From NCBI GenBank assembly GCA_964350265.1, contig CAYGJZ010000002.1:41007-105006 (forward strand): 64,000 nucleotides of DNA. The letters run 5' to 3'. Below, piece by piece: positions 17,638 through 25,408 of this stretch. Position numbers and translations under genes: made by a program. Every line of letters begins with the position of its first letter. The stretch's first letter is position 1. Source of the stretch: an uncultured Gammaproteobacteria bacterium (GTDB taxonomy: Bacteria; Pseudomonadota; Gammaproteobacteria; Arenicellales; CAJQKF01). Under the pieces are notes generated by a model. It was not told where the DNA came from, ran no database searches, and saw only the letters and a list, made by a program, of their open reading frames with translations.

Positions 17638-18384
17638 TCAGGTCGTCTCGAGGTGCAGGTTGCCCCCGTCCCTGGCGTCCCAGTGGAACGGGGTCGAAGA
17701 GGGCGCGCGGCACACGTGCAGACTGTACAGGTGACCGGTGGCCGGTTGGCGGTCGACTGTGCGGCCCACGGGCCGGATCTCGATCCGCGACTCGCCGAAG
17801 TCGAAGGTATGCCCGTCGTCTTTTTCCAACGTGCCGGGTTCCTGCTGCAACAAGGCCCGGTACAGCGCCGCCGTCTCTTCGATGTCGCTGCTCACCAGCC
17901 GAATGGCGGCTATTCCGTTGACCCCGTTGGGATGGCGGCAGGCTGGCGGTCGACGATGGGTGATCGGGGTGAGGTCTTCGATCAGGAAGGGCACCGTGCC
18001 CGGGGCGATGTGCGGGGGCACCGACAAGCGCCAGCGAATGGTGACACCGTCGGGCCTCGTTCGCGACATTTCCCGCGGCGGGCTCATGACGATACCGGCG
18101 GCGTCGTACCGCGCGAGGTCAGTGTCCAGGTCGTCGGAGATCGCGCAGAAGTCGGACAGTCCACCACCGCCGGCAAGGAGTGGCGCCCAACGATGCGACG
18201 GGTTCGGCTCGGCGAAGGCAAGCAACTCCAGGTAGCTGCCGTCCTCCAGTCCCACCAGGGCATTGTGGGTGCCCGTGGAATGGCGTCCTCCCGGGGTGAC
18301 GACGAAGCCCAGCCGGGCAAAACCTCGAATCGCTTGGTCAAGATTCGGGACCACGACAACGACATGATCAAGTCCAGTCAGCAT
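17638..18384 (-). CDS. VOC/glyoxalase-like domain protein
   Basis: The N-terminus reads LDHVVVVVPNLDQAIRGFARLGF...GTHNALVGLEDGSYLELLAF. The start is ATG 18384, preceded by AGGTGGA. Confidence 0.7.
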   Translation of the reverse strand: MLTGLDHVVVVVPNLDQAIRGFARLGFVVTPGGRHSTGTHNALVGLEDGSYLELLAFAEPNPSHRWAPLLAGGGGLSDFCAISDDLDTDLARYDAAGIVMSPPREMSRTRPDGVTIRWRLSVPPHIAPGTVPFLIEDLTPITHRRPPACRHPNGVNGIAAIRLVSSDIEETAALYRALLQQEPGTLEKDDGHTFDFGESRIEIRPVGRTVDRQPATGHLYSLHVCRAPSSTPFHWDARDGGNLHLETT

Positions 18385-18450
18385 TTTGGTTTTCCACCTG
18401 TCTTGCGCCCGTTGCCGAGAGCTTCCGGCGACAGGCTGTGATGAGTGCGG

Positions 18451-18492
18451 TGACATTTAAGAAAATGTCATCCAATTATAATTAACATGTTA
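18451..18492. promoter_or_regulatory. TGACATTT-N4-AAATGTCA inverted repeat plus exact TAACATGTTA (copy 3) in the VOC/LLM divergent region
   Basis: The inverted repeat is at 18451-18470. The exact 10-mer is at 18483-18492, directly abutting the AGGAG Shine-Dalgarno of the LLM gene (ATG 18507). Confidence 0.55.
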
Positions 18493-18506
18493 GGAGTGAC
18501 AATACA

Positions 18507-19532
18507 ATGGATTTCGGCGCCTTTGTCCTTTGCCAGAGACTGCACAGGGAAATCTCCTCAGCGGATGTGTTTGCCAATTCCCTGGAGCTGGTAAAACTGG
18601 CCGAGGAAGTTGGCTTCTCCAATGCCTGGTTCCCCGAACATCACCTTCTCCACTACGTTTCCTGCCCTTCGCCGTTGATGATGGCCGTGAAGGCGGCTTC
18701 CGTGACGCAGTCGATCCGCGTCGGCACCGCGATCGCGGTTGCACCGTACTACCATCCCATCCGGTTGGCCGGGGAGATCGGAATGGCCGACCATCTCACC
18801 GATGGTCGGTTGGAGATCGCGACCGGTCGGGGCGCGGTGAACTATGAGTTCTCCCGGTTCGGCATCGACGTGCCGACGGCCTCTGCGCGCTTCCAGGAGT
18901 CCGCCAAGGCGGTGCAGGATCTGCTGACCAACGAAGACTGTGTCAGCGACGGACCAACCTGGCCGTTTCCTGCGTCTACCGCGGTTCCACGGCCATTGCA
19001 GGATCCTTTTCCGCCGATGTGGGTAGCCGCGCGTTCGCCCGAAACCATCGACTGGTCGGTAAAGAACGGGTTCAACGTCATGACCAACACGCCCTGGGGC
19101 GAGCCGTTGGCGGCGATTGAGGCGGTGGGGCAGCAGTTTCAGGATGCCGTTTCCCGGGCCAATCCGACGGTGCGGCCGAAGTTCGGCGTTTCGCGCGTTG
19201 CATTCGTCGCCGAAAGCGACGCGGAGGCGCGTGCCGAGATGGACGCGGTGCAGGTCAGCAACCGGGTGTTTACCCGCCTGTTTCGAGACATGGCGGAGAT
19301 TCGTGGCGGGTTTGCCGAACCGGAGCCGGTGGAAGGCGAACCGACACCCGACGACCTGTTCAACGTGCTCATTGCCGGGTCGCCGAAGACCTGCATCGAC
19401 AAGTTGAAGATTCTCGAACGCGCAGGCGTCGATCACTTCATCATGTTCGTGTTCGGACGCGATCACGAATCGGCGATGCGATCGGTACGCATGTTTGGCG
19501 AGCAGGTCATTCCCGCGTTCCGCAAGGCATAG
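18507..19532 (+). CDS. Luciferase-like (LLM class) flavin-dependent monooxygenase
   Basis: The N-terminal block is AEEVGFSNAWFPEHHLL and the TIM-barrel LLM layout follows. A flavin reductase is encoded nearby. Confidence 0.85.
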   Translation: MDFGAFVLCQRLHREISSADVFANSLELVKLAEEVGFSNAWFPEHHLLHYVSCPSPLMMAVKAASVTQSIRVGTAIAVAPYYHPIRLAGEIGMADHLTDGRLEIATGRGAVNYEFSRFGIDVPTASARFQESAKAVQDLLTNEDCVSDGPTWPFPASTAVPRPLQDPFPPMWVAARSPETIDWSVKNGFNVMTNTPWGEPLAAIEAVGQQFQDAVSRANPTVRPKFGVSRVAFVAESDAEARAEMDAVQVSNRVFTRLFRDMAEIRGGFAEPEPVEGEPTPDDLFNVLIAGSPKTCIDKLKILERAGVDHFIMFVFGRDHESAMRSVRMFGEQVIPAFRKA

Positions 19533-19542
19533 GAGAGTAGCG

Positions 19543-20787
19543 ATGTCCATCACGGTGCTTGAGAATGCCTTTCTGCTGGACTGCACGGGGGCGGAGCCCC
19601 GGGACGGTGCCGCGGTCGTGATCGAGGACTCGATCATTCGCGAAGTCGTCGAGCCTGGTGGCAGGTTGTCCGCTTTTCCTGATGCCCGGAGAATCGACTT
19701 GCACGGGCTGACATTGATGCCAGGGCTGATCGACGCCCACGTGCATCTTTGCGCGGTGGAATCGAACCCGGCGGAGCAGCATCGACAAATCCCACCGAGC
19801 CTGGTGGCGGCAAAGGCGGTTCGACGGCTGGAGCAAACCCTGTTGCAGGGGTTCACCACGGTACGTGACGCGGGCGGTGCCGACTACGGCTTTCGCGAGA
19901 TGGTGGAACAAGGCGTGGTCGAGGGGCCACGGGTGCGGGTCAGCGGCAATCACATCTACCAGACTGGCGGGCACGGCGACAAGCGACGGCCGGCGGAACT
20001 GTGCTGCGCGATCCAGGCCACCGATGTCGGCATCGTCGGCGCGGTAGCCGATGGCTGCGACGAGGTTCGCAAGGTGGTTCGCGAGCAACTGCGCCGCCAT
20101 GCAGACCAGGTCAAGCTGATGTGTTCCGGTGGCGCGATGTCTCCTGGCGACGAACTGGAAACGTCACAGTTCACCCGAGAGGAAATTGCCGTCGCGGTCG
20201 CCGAGGCCGCCGCCGCCAACCGCTACGTCATGGCGCATGCCTACTCCGGTGCAGCGGTGCGCAACGCAGTGGCAGCAGGCGTACGTTCCATCGAGCACGG
20301 CAACCTGATGGACGAAGAAGCGGCAAGACTGATTCGCGATGCTGGTGCCTACCTGGTGCCGACGCTGGTGACCTACGAGGCCATCGCGCGCAACAGTGAG
20401 CGCATGGGCATCAGTGCCTTCATGCTCGAAAAGGTCAACGCGGCACGGGAGAAGGGGTTGCAGAGCCTGGAATACGCCTATCGTGCCGGCGTGAAGATCG
20501 GCTCCGGGTCAGACTTGCTCGGCGGCATGTTCCGATACCAGGCCCATGAACTCGAGCTGCAGGGCGAGGTGCAGCCGGCAATGGACGTCTTGCTCTCCGC
20601 GACCCGTGTCAACGCCGAAATCATGCGACTGGACGATCAGATCGGCACGGTGGAAGCCGGAAAGATTGCCGATCTCCTGGTGGTGCGCGGTAACCCGTTG
20701 AAGGATCTTTGTGTATTCCAGGATACCGACAACCTGCGCGTGATCATGAAGGAAGGCCGGGAAGTCAAGAACCTGTTGCCGGGGTAG
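19543..20787 (+). CDS. Amidohydrolase_1 family metal-dependent hydrolase
   Basis: Characteristic blocks are MPGLIDAHVHL, KLMCSGG, AHAYSG, SIEHG and GSGSDL. The C-terminal block reads GTVEAGKIADLLVV. Confidence 0.85.
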   Translation: MSITVLENAFLLDCTGAEPRDGAAVVIEDSIIREVVEPGGRLSAFPDARRIDLHGLTLMPGLIDAHVHLCAVESNPAEQHRQIPPSLVAAKAVRRLEQTLLQGFTTVRDAGGADYGFREMVEQGVVEGPRVRVSGNHIYQTGGHGDKRRPAELCCAIQATDVGIVGAVADGCDEVRKVVREQLRRHADQVKLMCSGGAMSPGDELETSQFTREEIAVAVAEAAAANRYVMAHAYSGAAVRNAVAAGVRSIEHGNLMDEEAARLIRDAGAYLVPTLVTYEAIARNSERMGISAFMLEKVNAAREKGLQSLEYAYRAGVKIGSGSDLLGGMFRYQAHELELQGEVQPAMDVLLSATRVNAEIMRLDDQIGTVEAGKIADLLVVRGNPLKDLCVFQDTDNLRVIMKEGREVKNLLPG

Positions 20788-20791
20788 GGGG

Positions 20792-21529
20792 CTAGAACCA
20801 GATCTCCTCCGCCGGCTTGTGTGCAAGGTTGATGTCAAGCAGCTCGGAACTGGAAAGCAACGCCTGGGAAACCATTTCGCGGGCGGCGCGAATCTGCTCG
20901 GCGGCAACGCCTTCGGCGACTTCTCCGTCCTGGCGCGCCAGCGCATCCACCAGCAGTCGGTGTTCGTGCTGCATTTGCGGCGTGCGGTCGCGTAGCGAAA
21001 GGCCGAAGTGGAACAGGCGCTCCATGTCCTCGAGCAGCTGACCGATCATGCGCGCGAGACGTTCGTTGCCGGAAGCCCGGGCAATGGTCACGTGGAACTC
21101 GTAGTTGGCTCGAAGGAAGACCGCGGTTCCCTGTTTGTCGTCGACGTTGTACTCGGTGCGGCAGATCTCGTCGAGGCGTCGCAGTCGCTCGGCATCGACG
21201 CCGTTCTGTGCCGCCAGGCGGGCCGCGGGCGGCTCCAGGAACAGGCGCAGCTGAAAGATGTTGTTGACGTCGCGGATGGTGATCGGCGCGATGACGTAAC
21301 CACGACGATGTACCGGTCGCACCAGGCCTTGCTGCGACAGTCGGGTCAGGGCGGCGCGAATCGGTGCCTTGCCAAGCTTGAGGCGTTCCGAGAGCTGTGA
21401 CTCGGTGACCTCGGAGCCCGGTTTCAGCAAGCAGTGGATGATTTCCTGCTTGATCTGGTCATAGGCGAGGTCGCCAAGCAGGGCGGGGGACTTTCGCTTG
21501 CTGGTCGTGGTTTTCTTCTGCGCCGCCAT
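20792..21529 (-). CDS. GntR-family regulator, FadR/FCD subfamily
   Basis: The N-terminal wHTH reads SQLSERLKLGKAPIRAALTRLSQQGLV. The C-terminal FCD-type helical domain reads FHVTIARASGNERL.... Confidence 0.9.
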   Translation of the reverse strand: MAAQKKTTTSKRKSPALLGDLAYDQIKQEIIHCLLKPGSEVTESQLSERLKLGKAPIRAALTRLSQQGLVRPVHRRGYVIAPITIRDVNNIFQLRLFLEPPAARLAAQNGVDAERLRRLDEICRTEYNVDDKQGTAVFLRANYEFHVTIARASGNERLARMIGQLLEDMERLFHFGLSLRDRTPQMQHEHRLLVDALARQDGEVAEGVAAEQIRAAREMVSQALLSSSELLDINLAHKPAEEIWF

Positions 21530-21560
21530 GGCCGGGGGACGAGCTCCTGTATATGTTTTC

Positions 21561-21594
21561 TGTCATGTCACTATACACGTTCATGTACATGTTT
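21561..21594. promoter_or_regulatory. ACATG-core sites (TGTCATGTCA; CATGTACATGTTT) just upstream of the gntR start
   Basis: Read directly from the sequence. The sites lie 32-65 nt upstream of the gntR ATG on the minus strand. This placement is consistent with autoregulation. Confidence 0.4.
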
Positions 21595-21737
21595 GGGATG
21601 CTTTGTTGATGCGGTCGTAATGGACGATTATCCGGGAAGTTACCGGCCGCTTGCCTGGATTGAGGTCAGGACTGCGAACTGCAAGATGACCGGGAATTCG
21701 TGTGGCCTGCGCAGGAATCGAAGGTTCGCATGGTCAA

Positions 21738-21770
21738 TAACATGTTATATATCATCCTTAAAAATGTTAA
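21738..21770. promoter_or_regulatory. Exact TAACATGTTA (copy 4) plus AATGTTAA half-site upstream of the cupin-rhodanese gene
   Basis: The 10-mer is at 21738-21747 and the extra half-site at 21763-21770. They lie about 150 nt upstream of ATG 21897. Confidence 0.55.
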
Positions 21771-21896
21771 ACTCGCGGACGCATTCCGCAAGTACATCGG
21801 CGAGCCTGGCTGCTGCCGTTGGCCAGGCCGCGTCGATCCCCGGAGATGCCCGTTTCGCGGGCGTGGCCGGTCGCACACCAGTGAGGGGTCCTACCC

Positions 21897-24098
21897 ATGA
21901 CGAGTACATCTGAGTCCGTTGTCGAGCAACGTACCGCCGCGGTCGCCACCACCATGGCCCGCATCGGGGACCTGGTGCAGGAGAGCGGCATCAACCGCGG
22001 TACGCTGGAGGAGATCAAGCAGGTGCTGATCGATCTCGCCATGCAGACCGGCCTGTTTCCCAAGGCCCACTACCCGGTTCCTGCCACGGGCAAGGGATTC
22101 ATCTATCGCTTGTTCGACGATCTGGACGCCGGGCTGGCGCTGTACGCATCGGCAGGCGTCCCGGGCAAGTACCAGCCGCCACACAACCACACCACCTGGG
22201 CTGCCATCGCCGCGGTCTATGGCGACGAGCACAACGTGATGTACGAGCGCACCGACAACGGTGCCACCCCCGGCCACGGCAGCCTGCGCCGAAGTGGCGA
22301 GGTGATCGTCAGCCCGGGAACCGGGGTGGCACTGATGCCGGACGACTTTCACACCATCGAGGTCACCAGTGCCGAGCCTTCCCTGCACTTGCATGTCTAT
22401 GGTCGAAGCCTGGAGCGGCTCCCGGGGCGGATCTTCTTTCAAACTCCGGACAGTACAACCTATGCCACCTTTCCGGCCAATCCGAACATTCGTACCCCGG
22501 TGGTTACCCCGGCCGCACTTCGTTCTCTGATCCTGTCCGATGCCGAACTCGCCCTGCTCGACGTGCGCGAAGAACGTGCGTATTCCGAGGAGCACCTGCT
22601 GACCGCCACGTCGACCCCCTTGTCGACCCTGGAACTGCGCATTGCGGCTCTTGTGCCAGCCAGGAAAACCACGATCGTGTTGTGCGATGGCGGTGGCGAT
22701 CTGGCCAATCGGGCAGCCACTTTGCTGGCGCGCCAGGGCTACCGCAACCTGTCCGTGCTCGATGGTGGCGTCAACGGCTGGAAGCGCGCCGGCTACGCCG
22801 TCTACGCGGGCATGCACGTGCCCAGCAAGGCCTTTGGAGAGTTCGTCGAGGACAAGGAGAAGACGCCGTCCATCCAGGCCGAAGACCTGGCCGGGCAGCT
22901 CGCCGCGGGCGAGCACTGGACGGTGATCGATTGCCGGCCGCGGGAGGAATACGCACGTGGCACGTTGCCTGGCGCTATCAACTGCCCGGGTGTCGAAGTG
23001 CTGACCGGGGTGCTGGACGCCGTGTCCTCGTCGTCGACGCGGGTGGCCGTGCACTGCGCCGGACGTACCCGTGGCATCCTTGCCGCCCAGACTCTCCTCG
23101 ATGGTGGAATTCCGAATCCGGTGCACGTACTCGAGGATGGCACCATGGGCTGGCACCTGGCCGGACACGATCTCGAGGAGGGCCGAACAAAGATCGCTTC
23201 CTTTCCGTCCACCGGCGCGCGCCGGGACGGCGGAGCGGCCTCGGCGGCCATCGGCCGCCGCGGGCAGGTGCGTTACCTGGACGAGGCCTCGTTGCTGGCC
23301 ATGCAGGAGGAGGCGTCTCGGCATACGCTGTACCTGGTGGACGTGCGATCCTCGGAGGAGTATGTCACCGGGCATCGGAGAGGCGCGCTCTCCATCCCCG
23401 GCGGCCAGTTGCTGCAAGCCACCGAGTCCTACCTGGCAGTGCGCAACGCGCGCATCGTGCTGACCGACGACGACGGCATCCGCGCCACCATCACCGCCGC
23501 GTGGCTCAACCGCATGGGCTACCCGCACGTGTACGTACTCGGTGCGCCGCGCCATGCCGACTGGCTGGAGACGGGACCAGAGCCCAGGTCGGTGCTGGGT
23601 CTTGGCCACTACCGCGTTGCCTGGGTTCGCGCCGATGCACTGGCCGAGGCGTTGGCGGATGGCGCGGATGGCATCGAGGTGATCGATCTCGCCCCGGGAC
23701 CGCAACACCTTTCCGGACACATACCCGGCGCGCGCTTCGCCGCGCGTGACGGCCTCGCGGCGGTGCTCAATGCCATGCCCAGGCGTGGATTGACGGTGCT
23801 CACCTCCGAGGACGGCGTGCTGGCCTCCATGGTGGCCGCCGAAATCGACGCCACGGTGACAGGCGATGTCCAGGTGTTGCTGGGCGGAACACGGGCCTGG
23901 CAGGCCGCGGGCCATTCCCTTGCCAGCGGCGACGAAGGCGCGTTGTCGCCGATGAACGACGTCTACCAGAAACCCTATCACCGGGCAGGCGGTCGCGAGG
24001 ACGCCATGCAAGCCTACCTGGCATGGGAAAAAGGGCTGTTGCGCGCGATTCATGACGCCGGCGACGACGAACTGCTGCCGTTCCTGCGCGAAGACTGA
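21897..24098 (+). CDS. Cysteine-dioxygenase-like cupin fused to tandem rhodanese domains
   Basis: The N-terminal ~190 aa is a cupin with PPHNHTTW...DFHTIE...HLHVYG. The remainder is paralogous to the 5404-7083 protein, including the active-site loop CAGRTRG and the YLAWE tail. Confidence 0.85.
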   Translation: MTSTSESVVEQRTAAVATTMARIGDLVQESGINRGTLEEIKQVLIDLAMQTGLFPKAHYPVPATGKGFIYRLFDDLDAGLALYASAGVPGKYQPPHNHTTWAAIAAVYGDEHNVMYERTDNGATPGHGSLRRSGEVIVSPGTGVALMPDDFHTIEVTSAEPSLHLHVYGRSLERLPGRIFFQTPDSTTYATFPANPNIRTPVVTPAALRSLILSDAELALLDVREERAYSEEHLLTATSTPLSTLELRIAALVPARKTTIVLCDGGGDLANRAATLLARQGYRNLSVLDGGVNGWKRAGYAVYAGMHVPSKAFGEFVEDKEKTPSIQAEDLAGQLAAGEHWTVIDCRPREEYARGTLPGAINCPGVEVLTGVLDAVSSSSTRVAVHCAGRTRGILAAQTLLDGGIPNPVHVLEDGTMGWHLAGHDLEEGRTKIASFPSTGARRDGGAASAAIGRRGQVRYLDEASLLAMQEEASRHTLYLVDVRSSEEYVTGHRRGALSIPGGQLLQATESYLAVRNARIVLTDDDGIRATITAAWLNRMGYPHVYVLGAPRHADWLETGPEPRSVLGLGHYRVAWVRADALAEALADGADGIEVIDLAPGPQHLSGHIPGARFAARDGLAAVLNAMPRRGLTVLTSEDGVLASMVAAEIDATVTGDVQVLLGGTRAWQAAGHSLASGDEGALSPMNDVYQKPYHRAGGREDAMQAYLAWEKGLLRAIHDAGDDELLPFLRED

Positions 24099-24105
24099 GC
24101 GGCAC

Positions 24106-24147
24106 GGGCAATACTCCGTGTCGTTGAACACGGACAGCGTGTTGCCC
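24106..24147 (+). terminator. Nested hairpin after the cupin-rhodanese gene
   Basis: The outer arms are GGGCAA and TTGCCC. The inner stem is TCCGTGT / ACACGGA with loop cgttga. There is no U-tract. Confidence 0.3.
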
Positions 24148-24335
24148 TGCGCGGCACGCGTTGGCCTGCGGGCCTAGCGCGTACAGGGCAAGCGCACGCC
24201 GCCGTTCTGCGCGCGACAGGGCAGCGCCAGCAGGGGTCGACGGTGGTCAACCCGGTCGGGTCTGCTGCACCGTGCCGGCGATCATCGTGCTAGGGTTGTC
24301 TGCCGCGGTGACTGGCACCCGGCAGCGGAGCGTGC

Positions 24336-25340
24336 GTGAACATCCTGATCGGCAACAACAGCCTGGAATACCTCGCCGGCTCGGAAACCTGGGCCGAGTC
24401 GGTGGCGCTGGCCCTGGCGGAACTGGGTTGCACGGTGCGCGGCTATGGCCGCACCCTCGGCGTCATTGCCGAGCGCCTGCAGGCGGCAGGCATTGCCTGT
24501 GTCGATGACACGAGGCGGCTCGGCGGCTTTCGCCCGTCGTTGATCGTTGCCGCGCACTGGCCGGTGGTGGAGGCGTTGGCCGCGGCCTTTCCGCGTACGC
24601 CGCTGGTATCCGTCATCCACGGAATCGAGCACCGTCGCGACGACGGCAGTCCTGCCCTGGAGCACCCGTCGCTGGGTGACCACGTGTGCGCCTACGTGGC
24701 GGTGTCCGAGGAAGTGCGTGACAAGCTTGGCCACGACCACGGCCTGCCGTCGATGGTGCTGCGCAATGCCATCTCCCTGCACCGCTATCCGGCTGCGCCG
24801 GCGGCATCGCGGCCGCGCCACCTGCTCTTCTCGGCCAACGATGTCAGCGCCGATGATCCGCGTTGCCGGGTGTTGCGGGATGTTGCCGTGCTGCTGGGCG
24901 CGCGCTTCGTCGGTATCGGCAGCCTGCTTGGAACCTGTGTCTCGCCCTGGCAGGAAATCGCTCGCGCAGACGTGGTCTTCGGCATGGGGCGAACGGTGCT
25001 GGAAGGAATGGCGATGGGGCGTCTTGGCGTGGTGCACGGTCGTTTCGGTACCGCCGGTGTCGTGTGTGCGGACAGTGCCCCGCTGCTGCGTCTTCGCAAC
25101 TACTCCGGTCGCGGCAGCGGACGATGCTGGTCGGCCGACGAACTGGTGCGGGCCATCGAGGCGGCCTACAACCCGGACAACCTGGCCTTCGGCCCTCGCT
25201 ACGTGGCCAGGCACCACGATGCCCTGGTCGTGGCGCGCACGCTTGTCGACCTCGGCGTCGCCCTGGCGGCGCGGCCGGTGGGCGCCGGGCCGGCAAGCGC
25301 GGCGGAACTGGAGCGAGTCTGCCGGAGGCGCACGCGCTAG
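24336..25340 (+). CDS. GT-B-fold glycosyltransferase-like protein (weak call)
   Basis: The N-terminus NILIGNNSLEYLAGSETWAESVALALAELGCTV and the C-terminal GMGRTVLEGMAMG resemble GT4-type enzymes. The start is GTG. There are no neighbouring polysaccharide genes. Confidence 0.5.
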   Translation: MNILIGNNSLEYLAGSETWAESVALALAELGCTVRGYGRTLGVIAERLQAAGIACVDDTRRLGGFRPSLIVAAHWPVVEALAAAFPRTPLVSVIHGIEHRRDDGSPALEHPSLGDHVCAYVAVSEEVRDKLGHDHGLPSMVLRNAISLHRYPAAPAASRPRHLLFSANDVSADDPRCRVLRDVAVLLGARFVGIGSLLGTCVSPWQEIARADVVFGMGRTVLEGMAMGRLGVVHGRFGTAGVVCADSAPLLRLRNYSGRGSGRCWSADELVRAIEAAYNPDNLAFGPRYVARHHDALVVARTLVDLGVALAARPVGAGPASAAELERVCRRRTR

Positions 25341-25408
25341 GCATTGCCCGGGAGACGTGGATGCCGGCTACAATGCGCGGCCCTTGTCTCAGATCCCAGC
25401 CAGCGAGC

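Noticed and set aside
21891-24131. 746-aa minus-strand ORF.
   Set aside because: It is the exact antisense shadow of the cupin-rhodanese gene. It has no recognisable motifs and a biased Arg/Gly/His composition.
24312-24327. TGGCAC-N5 sequence resembling a sigma-54 -24 element upstream of the GT-like gene.
   Set aside because: The -12 region reads AGCGG rather than TTGC(A/T). The GC dinucleotide is out of register by one base.
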